Shown piece after piece: positions 28,123 through 37,769 of a stretch of DNA of 64,000 bases. The stretch's first letter is position 1; each line of letters begins with the position of its first letter. Source of the DNA: Minisyncoccota bacterium. Lineage in GTDB: Bacteria; Patescibacteriota; Minisyncoccia; Phycocordibacterales; UBA9973. The DNA lies in the NCBI GenBank assembly GCA_035491955.1, contig DATJJU010000003.1:15306-79305 (forward strand), in the 5' to 3' direction. The position numbers and the translations under genes were made by a program. The notes beneath the pieces were generated by a model, which worked only from the letters and a program-made list of their open reading frames with translations, made no database searches and was not told where the DNA came from.

Positions 28123-28629
28123 TTAGGAGGTGGCGTGGAAAGTTGCCAAAACGTGGCTGTATGTTGCATCGTCAGCACTATTGGTGGAGATGGAGTACAT
28201 TCCCTGCTCGCTCGTTTTGGCATAGCTCTGCATGACGCATGATGTCGGACTAATATCGATCGTGACATTGCCCGGACCAACGATTGTTTCTGTTGTGCAG
28301 TTCTTCACTTTCTTTTCAAAACTATTCCAGCCGATCGGTGCTTCGAATGTAAAGCCGTCTCGAATAACTGTTTTATATTCTATGGTACTTGTATCAGTAT
28401 CAATGCCGTCATTTTCAGAAGACGGTTGCTGTTCTTGAGAAGCTTGCTCTGAGCTTGTTGAAGGATGTGGTGGTAATGACATGTGCGGCATAGCTCTGCG
28501 CAACGCATCAGTGGTATTGTTGTTATTTTGTGTCTGTACCGTATAGGCTGCCACGCTCAAGAGCGCAATGACACCGAGCGCTAGCAGTACGAACCGTATG
28601 ATTATTCTTCTTTTAAAACCGTTGCCCAT
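28123..28629 (-). CDS. Hypothetical membrane-anchored extracytoplasmic protein
   Basis: N-terminal TM anchor, then Ser/Gln-rich low-complexity linker; overlaps the ATPase start by 17 nt. Confidence 0.45.
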   Translation of the reverse strand: MGNGFKRRIIIRFVLLALGVIALLSVAAYTVQTQNNNNTTDALRRAMPHMSLPPHPSTSSEQASQEQQPSSENDGIDTDTSTIEYKTVIRDGFTFEAPIGWNSFEKKVKNCTTETIVGPGNVTIDISPTSCVMQSYAKTSEQGMYSISTNSADDATYSHVLATFHATS

Positions 28630-30967
28630 AATACCAAACCTTCATTTGATCAAGAATGAAGAAATAGATAAGCGTTACTCCTACTAATCCTGCCAGCATA
28701 CTGAGGCGTAATGGCACAAAATGAAAGGCATGCTGTATGACTGGTATGTAAATAATACCGAATGAAATAATGAATGTCAGTAGGAATGAGAGATTTAAGA
28801 GGCCTGATGGCATTTTACTCTTCCAAAAATAGCTCTTATTGCGAAATGCGTAGAAGACGATCAGTGCGGTAAATGTGAAGAATGCATAGAGGCTGGTTTG
28901 AATGACCGGCAGCGGCTGCGATCGAATCACCATGTAGTACAGTAGCTCGAACAATGCAGTCGGTACGCCGAGCATAAGAGAAATGAAGAGGAGCTCTTTG
29001 ATATTGTGACGCTGCGGCTTCACTATATCGCTATTTTCAACAGTATCGGAATAGATAGTGATAAGCGGAATATCGGTCAAGACATTTGTGAGCAAGACCT
29101 GTATAGGCAGCAATGGCAGATCGTGTGAGAACAAATACAGCACGGCAAGCGCCATGAAGCTCCCAAAATTATTTACCATCGTATAGGTGATGTACTTATT
29201 GATATTTACAAAAATAGTTCGGCCGTATCGAATGCCGTTCACGATAACCTGCAAATCTTTATTCAAAAGCACAATATCGGCACTGTCTTTGGCAATATCA
29301 GTAGCAGTGTTTACAGCAATAGCGACATCGGCCAACTTCAAGGCTGGCGCATCATTAATACCATCACCCTGATAGCCAACCACAAAGGATTCTTTCAATG
29401 CCTTAATGATGGCGAACTTCTGCGTTGGCGTGACACGCGCGAAGATGTGGTGTTCGGTTACGGCTTTTTTAAACTCTTCCGGTGATAGTGTTTCAAGCTC
29501 ATCGCCCGAGTAGACTCTGCTAGTGTCAGTTACCAAGCCGACTTCCCGTCCGACATATGTTGCTACTTCTTTGCTGTCGCCAGTCAGTACCTTAATATGA
29601 ATACCAAGACCCCGTGCTTCTTCGATAGTGGCTTTTGCTCCGGGGCGCAACGGATCAGTTAAGCTGGCGTAGCCAAGAAAAGTCAGATTATTTTCATCTT
29701 TGGCAATATCGTAGTCTTCGGTGTACGCAGCAATAGTTTTATACGCAATACCGACATGGCGCAAACCGTTTTCCCCTTCCTTTGAAATAGTTTGCAAGTA
29801 ATCAGCTTTTTTATCGCTCTTAGAAATATCGAGAAGAATTTCCGGAGCACCAATGCTTACTAAGTAATACTTGTCAGCATCTTTGTCGTGCACCACTACG
29901 CGTCGGCGTTTATCAGTTGGGTCGAATGGCAATTCTTTCATGATGACGAAGCATTTTGCCTTGTCTTGGAGCTCCTTTGGCACATAGCCGATAAATGCAT
30001 CATCATATGCATCCATTACGCGACGTTTTCTATTTTTTAGTGTCGCAATAGTAGCGCTGGCTAGCAATTGAAATAATTCCATTTCATCAGAAACAATAGT
30101 CTGAATAGCCATCTTGTTTTCGGTAATAGTGCCGGTTTTATCAGTGCAGAGCACGCTAATGTTGCCGAGATCTTCTACAGATGACAACCGCTTCACTACC
30201 ACGTGTTTCTTTGCCAGGCGTAATGCTCCGCTGGAGAGCGATACTGTAGCAATGACTGGCAGGACTTCTGGTACCACGACAATAGCCATGGATATAACGA
30301 AAATAAGAAGGATTGTGGTACTGACACTTCCTTTATTCAAGAAAAGCTTTGCGAAGAAAATAACCACCAGTGCCAAAAGAACGGTCTTCAAAAGAAAAGT
30401 ACTAAAAGATTTTAATGATCGTTCGTATTCAGTTTCTTTTTTGGTTTCTTCGGACAAACGAACGATAGTGCCAAACTCTGTATTATCTCCAATAGCTGTG
30501 ACAGTGCCGGTGACTTCGCCTTTTTGAATGATGCTGCCTTCATAGACTTTGCCATCGATAGCTTTTGTTACGAATGCCGATTCGCCGGTCAGAGCTGACT
30601 CGTCTACCTCTACATCATCAACTTCCGTCACGTTCATATCGGCTGGTGCAATATCACCCTCATGCAAGATAACAATGTCTCCTACTACGATGTCATTTTC
30701 ATCAAGAAGCACTATTTCACCGTTGCGCTTCACTCGCACCACTTTGGAAATAAACGTTTCAAGCTTTTGAATAATGCGCTCCGATTTGTATTCTTGAAAA
30801 AAGCCGAGCGATGTATTGATGGCGAGAATAATAAGAATGACAATGCCGTCAGAATAGTCCTTGATGATAAAAGAAATAACACTTGCTGCGATCAATAGAT
30901 ATATTAAAGCATTCTGAAATTGCCGCCCTAGTATGGCAAAACCGTTAACAGCCTTCTTTTTCTTCAT
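28613..30967 (-). CDS. Cation-transporting P-type ATPase (P2/P3-type, Ca2+/Mg2+-like)
   Basis: TGES, phosphorylation site CTDKTGTIT, GDGINDAPAL hinge, 10 predicted TM helices. Confidence 0.85.
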   Translation of the reverse strand: MKKKKAVNGFAILGRQFQNALIYLLIAASVISFIIKDYSDGIVILIILAINTSLGFFQEYKSERIIQKLETFISKVVRVKRNGEIVLLDENDIVVGDIVILHEGDIAPADMNVTEVDDVEVDESALTGESAFVTKAIDGKVYEGSIIQKGEVTGTVTAIGDNTEFGTIVRLSEETKKETEYERSLKSFSTFLLKTVLLALVVIFFAKLFLNKGSVSTTILLIFVISMAIVVVPEVLPVIATVSLSSGALRLAKKHVVVKRLSSVEDLGNISVLCTDKTGTITENKMAIQTIVSDEMELFQLLASATIATLKNRKRRVMDAYDDAFIGYVPKELQDKAKCFVIMKELPFDPTDKRRRVVVHDKDADKYYLVSIGAPEILLDISKSDKKADYLQTISKEGENGLRHVGIAYKTIAAYTEDYDIAKDENNLTFLGYASLTDPLRPGAKATIEEARGLGIHIKVLTGDSKEVATYVGREVGLVTDTSRVYSGDELETLSPEEFKKAVTEHHIFARVTPTQKFAIIKALKESFVVGYQGDGINDAPALKLADVAIAVNTATDIAKDSADIVLLNKDLQVIVNGIRYGRTIFVNINKYITYTMVNNFGSFMALAVLYLFSHDLPLLPIQVLLTNVLTDIPLITIYSDTVENSDIVKPQRHNIKELLFISLMLGVPTALFELLYYMVIRSQPLPVIQTSLYAFFTFTALIVFYAFRNKSYFWKSKMPSGLLNLSFLLTFIISFGIIYIPVIQHAFHFVPLRLSMLAGLVGVTLIYFFILDQMKVWYYGQRF

Positions 30968-31036
30968 GTAGTAAGTATAACAAATAAAAAAGCCACTTTT
31001 ATTAAAGTGACTCTCATTAGTATGGATAAATAATCC

Positions 31037-31369
31037 CTAGTTACCAGAAGGTCCTGATCCTTGTTGTATTCTTTGTGAGGATGGCCAGGTTGCTTGCTTA
31101 AGTTCGCGTGACCGCATTTCAAGCGCTTCTTCGGCGAAGTAATTACTTATCTTCATATACCCTATATAGTCTGCATGGCTCACTGTTACTCTTGTACCCT
31201 TTTTCTTAAAGTACATAGTAACGGTTGAATCAGTCTTTGATACTGAATCGGGAGCGGCATATGGCAATACATTTCTCTGCATCCAGGTAGATTTTTTTGT
31301 GGTATCTCTGGTTTGAGCAGACACTATGTAACTAAATGCCATACATACGATAAGTGCTATTGTTTTCAT
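31037..31369 (-). CDS. Small secreted hypothetical protein
   Basis: Signal peptide MKTIALIVCMAFSYIVSAQ. Confidence 0.45.
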   Translation of the reverse strand: MKTIALIVCMAFSYIVSAQTRDTTKKSTWMQRNVLPYAAPDSVSKTDSTVTMYFKKKGTRVTVSHADYIGYMKISNYFAEEALEMRSRELKQATWPSSQRIQQGSGPSGN

Positions 31370-31384
31370 TTTTTAATGGTTTAC

Positions 31385-31427
31385 CGCAAATCCTGTAAGG
31401 GCTTTCTGGTAAACCATTAAAATGCTT
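31385..31427. other. 11-bp inverted repeat with 21-nt loop immediately upstream of the 31369 start codon
   Basis: aatggtttacc ... ggtaaaccatt; no U-tract on either strand. Confidence 0.5.
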
Positions 31428-31491
31428 AAAGAACGCTATATTTAAATAATAGCACAGATTTAATAAAAAGTCAATATTAGACTCATTACCT

Positions 31492-31878
31492 CTATCTTGT
31501 TAGATTAGCTCCCTCTTTCATTATCTCTTGAAAACGTTCGTACGTAAGATCAGGGTTTAGCAGGTCGTGTACAAGTGTATTGTAGTCTTCGGTAATATGC
31601 GGAATAACACCATCCAAGGTTTCTGCACTTTCCCCGGTACGGGCTTCAAGCGTGCTTAAGTCGGCATCAATTACTGCCTCCTTCACATCTTCTATAGTTT
31701 TAAGAAATTTAAATTGGATGATATAGCTTCTCGCCTCTTGAATCTTTTGCAATAAGATTTTTTCTTGATCAAATATACTCTCATCTCTTCGCGGGAATTC
31801 TTCCATATCCCCAAGTATAACACCTATCCGTCTTTTTCTCCCCACTGCCATTTCGGCCTCTCGCCTTTTTGGTAGCAA
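31492..31878 (-). CDS. Hypothetical protein (true start possibly the internal MAVGRKRR)
   Basis: 128-aa ORF. Confidence 0.4.
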   Translation of the reverse strand: MLPKRREAEMAVGRKRRIGVILGDMEEFPRRDESIFDQEKILLQKIQEARSYIIQFKFLKTIEDVKEAVIDADLSTLEARTGESAETLDGVIPHITEDYNTLVHDLLNPDLTYERFQEIMKEGANLTR

Positions 31879-32087
31879 ATCATGATGAGAACGATATTTA
31901 AAATCACGAACGGTACAGCAAATGCAAATAGCGCATCGCTAACAGAATGTTGCCTATTAGATAGTAGGACAAAATGCACCATTCCTACTACATACAGCAA
32001 AAGAACTACCCAGCCTTCCCAACTCACTGGATACCATCCCCATCCATATCTTTTTCGCCTAAACCATAACTTCTTCTGTTTTTCCAT
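31824..32087 (-). CDS. Small hypothetical membrane protein (2 TM, Trp-rich N-terminus)
   Basis: WFRRKRYGWGWYPVSWEGW followed by two hydrophobic helices. Confidence 0.35.
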   Translation of the reverse strand: MEKQKKLWFRRKRYGWGWYPVSWEGWVVLLLYVVGMVHFVLLSNRQHSVSDALFAFAVPFVILNIVLIMICYQKGERPKWQWGEKDG

Positions 32088-32132
32088 ATTCTTTCATTAT
32101 ACTCCTAACCCCTGAGGTTGGACCTGTGGGAA

Positions 32133-32759
32133 TTAGTTATTTTGCATAAGGTGTTCGGTGTCGAGGTTTTTCATGATGCGTTTCCAGAAGAGGATGACGC
32201 AGCCGATCAGGACAATGAGCACTATGATTGAGAAATTGCCAATAAGATTATTTACCGCTTCCCAGCTATCGCCGAAGAGAAAGCCAATCATGCCGTAGAG
32301 TACGGCATCACCGACTGCACCAATAGCTTCAAAGAGCAGAAATTTTTTATAGGGTACCTTACTCAGCCCGCAAATCGCATTGACGCTCAATGTAGCAATA
32401 GCCTCAAAACGGCTGATGAATATGACAAAGCCGGGGCGCTGACGAAGCTTTGCTTCAATAAGCTTAAAGTTTTTTGATTCAACAACTTTTCGCGTAAATG
32501 AAAAATAATCAAAGACTTGCTTGCCATACTTGCGCGCAATCCAATAACAAATGTTATCCCCAACAATGTTGGCAATGATGACGACAAGGAGTACGAGGTA
32601 AAAATTAAAATAGCCCTGGCTGGCAAAGGCCGATGATGCCACCAGCAGCGTCCCTGCTGGTATCGGTATCGCTAAGGACGAAAGAAAGGTTATGAAAAGC
32701 AGTGCCCAATACTTATACAGCAGAACATACGGCAGAATGGTTTGGGCAAAGAAATCCAT
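32133..32759 (-). CDS. DedA/VTT-domain (SNARE-associated) family membrane protein
   Basis: LLVASSAFASQGYFNFYLVLLVVIIANIVGDNICYWIARKYG DedA core. Confidence 0.7.
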   Translation of the reverse strand: MDFFAQTILPYVLLYKYWALLFITFLSSLAIPIPAGTLLVASSAFASQGYFNFYLVLLVVIIANIVGDNICYWIARKYGKQVFDYFSFTRKVVESKNFKLIEAKLRQRPGFVIFISRFEAIATLSVNAICGLSKVPYKKFLLFEAIGAVGDAVLYGMIGFLFGDSWEAVNNLIGNFSIIVLIVLIGCVILFWKRIMKNLDTEHLMQNN

Positions 32760-32760
32760 A

Positions 32761-33183
32761 TTAATGACTCGTGTACGCGTTAATGTAATATCTCACAGTG
32801 CTAATCATAACAAGGGGGTTGATGCTGTAGTCTCGAGCATAGGTATCAATGCGGATATTCGGATATCGCGAATCGGTAATACCAAAAATATTCTTAAAAT
32901 AATCTTTCGGTATTTTAAATACTACGTTTATGTAATCAAATGTCATCCACGATTGAATATCATCTGCGGAGAGCTGGTGTTGCTGCTGTTGAGATGAGCC
33001 TCTATCGTTTCGATCAGAGTGGTTGTAGATATACGAATGATACATTGGGCGCAGCTCTCCTTCTGAATATGAAGTGCGGAATGAATAGATGAAATACCAG
33101 ACTGACCAGCATAATGCGGCTACCAGCAACACTACAGTAATCACGATCCAATATCTTTGAAGAAAGCGTTTTGCCCTTGTCAT
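32761..33183 (-). CDS. Hypothetical single-pass membrane protein
   Basis: One N-terminal TM helix; 1-nt gap to the DedA start. Confidence 0.4.
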   Translation of the reverse strand: MTRAKRFLQRYWIVITVVLLVAALCWSVWYFIYSFRTSYSEGELRPMYHSYIYNHSDRNDRGSSQQQQHQLSADDIQSWMTFDYINVVFKIPKDYFKNIFGITDSRYPNIRIDTYARDYSINPLVMISTVRYYINAYTSH

Positions 33184-33210
33184 ATAGGTATTATATCACT
33201 TCTTGTTGTT

Positions 33211-34095
33211 TTATTGGGTAAAAAGAGTGACAGGGAAATTATCCGAATATTCCACAGAATGATCTGGCCTCATGATGAGGTAGTCGAAAGTGAAATGTTC
33301 GCGCAGTGCCTGTGGTGAAGCAAAGAAGAGACACGTAGTGAGACCATCCGCTAGTAATGTTGTATCTGCAATAACCCAGACTGCCAAGATGTTTGTCGGA
33401 GAAGAAAGCTCTTTTGGATCAATAATGTGATGCATGGTACCTTTACTGGTTTGCCATACTCGCCTATTGCCTGCTGATCCGCATACACTATTATTCCGTA
33501 GCTCTACAAAACCAATAACTTGGTCGCTATTGTCGGGATGTTCCAAGCCCACTTTGATTGGCACGCCTCCTCTATGTACCATATCTCCCCCAGCATCCAC
33601 GCAATATTGGTAAATGCCGTAGGACTCTATTACTTCCGCCACGATGTCTACTAAGTATCCCTTACCTGCAGCACCGAAGTCGAGAAGCGCCGGAAACTTT
33701 ATGACAAGCTCTGGGTGGTCGTATTGCATGATTTCTTCCCACGGTGAAGGAGTGTGAAGCTCAGCTCTTTGTTGTAAGGAATACTCTGCGTCATAGCCGG
33801 CATCGGATAGTGTTTGTCCGATCAATGGCGTGACATATCCGTCGGTAACCTCATACATTTTTTTATACAAGTCATGCATCTTTTTGAAATCTTGCGGCAT
33901 GTCATACGTGCCTGCAGCATGCGCCATTCTTGTCACCAGTGAATCAGCTCGGAAGCGCGAATAGTTCAAGTCAAATATAGCAATACGTTCATGTATCGCA
34001 ACAGAAAGCACCGACTCCTGGTCAGAAGTCAGTGCTTCATAAATATCAATATGCCAACGTGTACCAATAGCTTCAAAGTTCAGTTGTGAAGCCAT
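33211..34095 (-). CDS. apbE: FAD:protein FMN transferase (ApbE family)
   Basis: ApbE-type layout with GTMHHIIDPKELSSPT near the C-terminus (HIIDP motif), ~294 aa. Confidence 0.75.
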   Translation of the reverse strand: MASQLNFEAIGTRWHIDIYEALTSDQESVLSVAIHERIAIFDLNYSRFRADSLVTRMAHAAGTYDMPQDFKKMHDLYKKMYEVTDGYVTPLIGQTLSDAGYDAEYSLQQRAELHTPSPWEEIMQYDHPELVIKFPALLDFGAAGKGYLVDIVAEVIESYGIYQYCVDAGGDMVHRGGVPIKVGLEHPDNSDQVIGFVELRNNSVCGSAGNRRVWQTSKGTMHHIIDPKELSSPTNILAVWVIADTTLLADGLTTCLFFASPQALREHFTFDYLIMRPDHSVEYSDNFPVTLFTQ

Positions 34096-34103
34096 GGCGA
34101 GTA

Positions 34104-34637
34104 TTAGGCCTTGGCCTGTGCTTCAATCTGAGCAACAGCATCGTTAAAGCCGCCTGAGGTCAAAGAAGAGCCCGAAACCTTGCTGAGCTTGATAGAGCTA
34201 ATGTCCTTGCCGACAACTAATGGTGTGTAGTTGTTCGCAAAGATATTCTGATAATACGCTGACTCTCGATCGCCCGGTTCAGTTTTCACCGAAGCTTTTG
34301 TCACAACATCATTCTTCAATGTCAGTGTTACTTCAATCTTATCAGGACCGCCTGGTGACTGATAGGATCCAGTGGCAGTATAGGTGCCGTCTTTGTATTC
34401 AGATGCATTAGGGTTAGTTGTTTCGTGAGGAGCGCTAGTAGTACTGGTAGTGGTCTGTCCGCCATTTGCACTAGTGTCCGATGTTGTATCGGTAGAGACA
34501 GTGCTCGTATCAGTAGAGGTAGTGTCAGCAGACTTCTTTGTGCCGAATACGACTGCAATAACAGCGAGTAATGCAACAACAGCAATGCCGATGCCTAATT
34601 TCTTTCCTGAAGATGACGGTGTTTGATTTGGTTCCAT
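34104..34637 (-). CDS. Membrane-anchored FMN-binding (FMN_bind) domain protein, likely ApbE substrate (PplA/RnfG-like); start at MEPNQT
   Basis: N-terminal anchor, Thr/Ser-rich linker, C-terminal YTATGSYQSPGG...SLTSGGFNDAV FMN_bind-like domain with candidate flavinylated Thr in SLTSGG. Confidence 0.55.
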   Translation of the reverse strand: MEPNQTPSSSGKKLGIGIAVVALLAVIAVVFGTKKSADTTSTDTSTVSTDTTSDTSANGGQTTTSTTSAPHETTNPNASEYKDGTYTATGSYQSPGGPDKIEVTLTLKNDVVTKASVKTEPGDRESAYYQNIFANNYTPLVVGKDISSIKLSKVSGSSLTSGGFNDAVAQIEAQAKA

Positions 34638-34662
34638 AAATATATTCTCTTTAATGTAATAA

Positions 34663-35052
34663 TTATTCGTGAAGACAGAGCATGTCGGAGCCATTCATAA
34701 ATACAACAAATGTTGCCAATGCAAGACCGAAGTCGCGCACGGCAATTTCTCCATACCCAACAGTAAACATGATGTCGAGCAAATGCAGCGCTAATAGCAA
34801 TGCTACCCAGCGAGTCCAAATACCAAAGAGCAGCAAGACGCCCAAAATGAGCTCAGCTGCACCATTAAGGTACACGATGGTTTCCCTACTAAGATGGCTC
34901 ATTGTTACGACAGAGTCTGGCACATAGCCAAGCCAATTTGCCGTATTAATGAATTGCTGGCTGCCAAACCACAAAATAACTATGGCCATGGCATAGCGCA
35001 ACACGCTCGGTGCGTACAGTTTCAATTTCTGCATCTCTGTATTATACAGCAT
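34663..35052 (-). CDS. DoxX family membrane protein
   Basis: AMAIVILWFGSQQF...LNGAAELILGVLLLFG DoxX pattern, 4 TM. Confidence 0.65.
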   Translation of the reverse strand: MLYNTEMQKLKLYAPSVLRYAMAIVILWFGSQQFINTANWLGYVPDSVVTMSHLSRETIVYLNGAAELILGVLLLFGIWTRWVALLLALHLLDIMFTVGYGEIAVRDFGLALATFVVFMNGSDMLCLHE

Positions 35053-35072
35053 TCCCCCTCATTTTCTTTCAT

Positions 35073-35102
35073 TTAGCAATGGGGTCAGACCCCGTTGCTA
35101 AA
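35073..35102. repeat. REP-like imperfect palindrome TTTAGCAATGGGGTC-A-GACCCCGTTGCTAAA at the 5' flank of the transposase gene
   Basis: Inverted repeat with one mismatch read directly. Confidence 0.7.
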
Positions 35103-35164
35103 TATTCAAATATGTTGGATAAAAATTTAAAATTATTTGATCTCTGTTTTGCAATAATGAAAAT

Positions 35165-35713
35165 ATGGCCAGGAAACCTCGTATTGATGTAGGCGGAGAA
35201 TTTTATCACGTACTTAACAGGGTTAATGCTCGTGTAAAAATTTTGTTTACGGACAAAGAATATTTAATGCTTGAAAAAATACTGTGTGAAGCAAAATCAA
35301 GATTTAACATGAGAATAATCGCTTACTGCCTTATGCCCAATCACTTCCATTTGATTCTCTACCCTCTTAAAGATGGAGATATGCAGAAGTTTATGCATTG
35401 GATTACATTTATGCATGCACAATTATGGCACAAGGAACACGGTACCACAGGGACAGGTCATTTATATCAAGGAAGATACAAATCCTTTCTTATAAAAGAT
35501 AGCAGACACCTTATGGCTGAATTAGTCTATGTGGAAAGAAATCCTGTAAGAGCAAAACTAGTCGATAAAGCGATTCATTGGAGATTCTCAAGTGCAAGAC
35601 ATAGATTTGGAAGTAAAAATAAATTAATAACAGATATTCCAATTGAATTCCCAGAAAATTATAAAGATCTCCTTAATGACAATATATCTTTAAGGAATGT
35701 CAACGGGGTCTGA
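35165..35713 (+). CDS. IS200/IS605-family Y1 (HUH) transposase, REP-associated tyrosine transposase (RAYT)-like
   Basis: HUH motif MPNHFHLIL and catalytic Tyr region YQGRYKS; 182 aa; flanked by GGGGTC-N-GACCCC palindromes. Confidence 0.8.
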   Translation: MARKPRIDVGGEFYHVLNRVNARVKILFTDKEYLMLEKILCEAKSRFNMRIIAYCLMPNHFHLILYPLKDGDMQKFMHWITFMHAQLWHKEHGTTGTGHLYQGRYKSFLIKDSRHLMAELVYVERNPVRAKLVDKAIHWRFSSARHRFGSKNKLITDIPIEFPENYKDLLNDNISLRNVNGV

Positions 35714-35722
35714 CCCCGTTGA
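35700..35722. repeat. Perfect 11-bp-arm palindrome TCAACGGGGTC-T-GACCCCGTTGA overlapping the transposase stop codon (3' flank)
   Basis: Exact inverted repeat; the TGA stop lies inside it. Confidence 0.8.
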
Positions 35723-35727
35723 CTCAT

Positions 35728-36018
35728 TTAGCAGATTTTTATCACCATAAAGAATCGGTAGCAGACAATAACGAGTGCGCTCAGGCCAACTAAAATGGTG
35801 AAGAGATCAAATGCTTTCATGGTTAATTTCTCATGAGTGACATATGCTGGAATAGTAAGCAATGCACTAATACCAGTGAGAACGCCGAATACGTTGTACG
35901 AGCTTCGATTTGAGAGACAGAACGAATAGTTTTGACCAATACCTTTGAAGAGCCAGAGTGCTAAAAAGACATATGTGAGAATAAAAAATATATAGCTATA
36001 GCGATAAAACCATTTCAT
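35728..36018 (-). CDS. Small hypothetical membrane protein (3 TM) downstream of the NRAMP gene
   Basis: Hydrophobic ~96-aa ORF abutting the NRAMP stop. Confidence 0.35.
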   Translation of the reverse strand: MKWFYRYSYIFFILTYVFLALWLFKGIGQNYSFCLSNRSSYNVFGVLTGISALLTIPAYVTHEKLTMKAFDLFTILVGLSALVIVCYRFFMVIKIC

Positions 36019-36019
36019 G

Positions 36020-37333
36020 TTAATGCAATACAAGTGTATATAATAATGCCAATGCCGACAATGCCATGATGCCGAATGTCAGCCATACCATCGTACGAGA
36101 CAATGCGCCGCCCTTTTTATCGCCAAGAATGTTTTTATTGCCATTAATCTTGCCGATCAAGAACAGAAGCGGTACAGCAGCAATGCCGTTGAACACTGCG
36201 GTGAAGACAAGAGCTTTGATCGGATTAATACCGATGAAATTGATGAGCAAGCCTACCAATGTGCCGATAATGATCACTCCATAGAATCCTTTAGCTTCAT
36301 TAAATTTGCGGGACAAGCCTTCTTTCCAACCAAACGCTTCAGACATAGCGTACGCGGAAGATCCTGCCAAAACCGGAATACCGAGCAAGCCGAGACCAAT
36401 GACGCCTACTGCAAAAAGATCCTTTGCTACTTGCCCAGAGTTTGGGAATGAGCTGACAAGAGGCTGCAATGCCTTTGCAGCATCGGCCGCTGAGTTGATA
36501 GTAGTAATACCGTGACTAAACAATACGGTGGCGGTAGTAATGATAATGAACCACTGCGCTACTTCAGCCGCTATCATGCCGGCCGTAGTATCAATACGCG
36601 CATTGCGCAAATAATACTTTGGAAGTTTCGGTTTTTCTTTTACAAGAGGAACACCTTCTGCTATTTCTTCTTCTACTTCTTGCGATGTTTGCCAAAAGAA
36701 CATGTAGGGAGAAATAGAGGTACCAAAGACGCCTGTAATGATGAAGAGGAATGCAAAGGTGAATTCAAAATGAGGAACTGCTGTTGCATAGAAGATCTGC
36801 TTCCATGGTTCGTGCACGATCAATGCCGTAATAGGATATGCCAATAATGCTAATGCCAGCCACTTCAATACCTTGGCATATGTTTTGTAATTGATAAATA
36901 CTTCCAGCAAGATAATGACTACAGCAGTAATGGCAGCTAATACTCCAAATGGTACGTTTACTACTAGCTGGCCTGCAGCAGCCACCGCTCCAATATCAGC
37001 ACCGATATTGATAGTATTTGCCACTACCACTAAAAAAACTACCCCTATGAGGATATTCCGCGTGTAATGCTTCTTGATAATGCCAGCCAAGCCCTTGCCG
37101 GTCACAATACCGATACGCGCACATGCTTCCTGCACTGCTAGCAATAACGGTATTTGATAGAGAGATGTCCACAACTGACCGAAGCCAAACTGGGCACCCG
37201 TCTGAGAATATGTCGCAATGCCTGATGGATCGTCATCAGCTGCTCCGGTAATTAAGCCGGGCCCCAGTAATTTTAAAAAGCCTCTCACGCCGAGACGTTC
37301 TTTCTTAGATGAGGAACTCGATGGTTCTGCCAT
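36020..37333 (-). CDS. NRAMP-family divalent metal (Mn2+/Fe2+) transporter (start at MAEPSSS)
   Basis: GPGLITGAADDDPSGIATYSQTGAQFGFGQLW NRAMP signature; 11-12 TM. Confidence 0.8.
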   Translation of the reverse strand: MAEPSSSSSKKERLGVRGFLKLLGPGLITGAADDDPSGIATYSQTGAQFGFGQLWTSLYQIPLLLAVQEACARIGIVTGKGLAGIIKKHYTRNILIGVVFLVVVANTINIGADIGAVAAAGQLVVNVPFGVLAAITAVVIILLEVFINYKTYAKVLKWLALALLAYPITALIVHEPWKQIFYATAVPHFEFTFAFLFIITGVFGTSISPYMFFWQTSQEVEEEIAEGVPLVKEKPKLPKYYLRNARIDTTAGMIAAEVAQWFIIITTATVLFSHGITTINSAADAAKALQPLVSSFPNSGQVAKDLFAVGVIGLGLLGIPVLAGSSAYAMSEAFGWKEGLSRKFNEAKGFYGVIIIGTLVGLLINFIGINPIKALVFTAVFNGIAAVPLLFLIGKINGNKNILGDKKGGALSRTMVWLTFGIMALSALALLYTLVLH

Positions 37334-37408
37334 TTCCCTATTGTATCTAAATATATTTGTTTGACAAAATATTGCTGTGAGGAGTAAGGTATACAAAACG
37401 ACTAACAT

Positions 37409-37738
37409 ATGAATACCGAAACCCAAGTGCCCGCAAAAGAACTGGAAGAGTTGGAAACCCTGCCAGCTACTAAAGACCGAAGTCTTCATTACGATTCTAT
37501 TTCTGAAATCGTGAAAAAAAGTAAGCTCGGCGAACATCTTTCAGGCTTCCCATTCAATGTAGTGTGGCCCCCTAACCACCTGCCCAACAATTTTGAAGTT
37601 ATTATTACAAATGGATCACGCATTAGTGCCACTGTTGAGCTCGGCTCCGACGGCAAAGAGTGGCATACTGCTGAAGGAAGTGGTGTACTACCACGAAAAG
37701 ATGTCGCCGCCTGGCGATGTACCACGTTCCATCATTAA
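37409..37738 (+). CDS. Hypothetical protein
   Basis: 109-aa ORF with TTGACA -35 and GGTATACA -10 upstream. Confidence 0.4.
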   Translation: MNTETQVPAKELEELETLPATKDRSLHYDSISEIVKKSKLGEHLSGFPFNVVWPPNHLPNNFEVIITNGSRISATVELGSDGKEWHTAEGSGVLPRKDVAAWRCTTFHH

Positions 37739-37769
37739 CGCCCATCGTTAAAGAACAAAAGAAAAGCAA

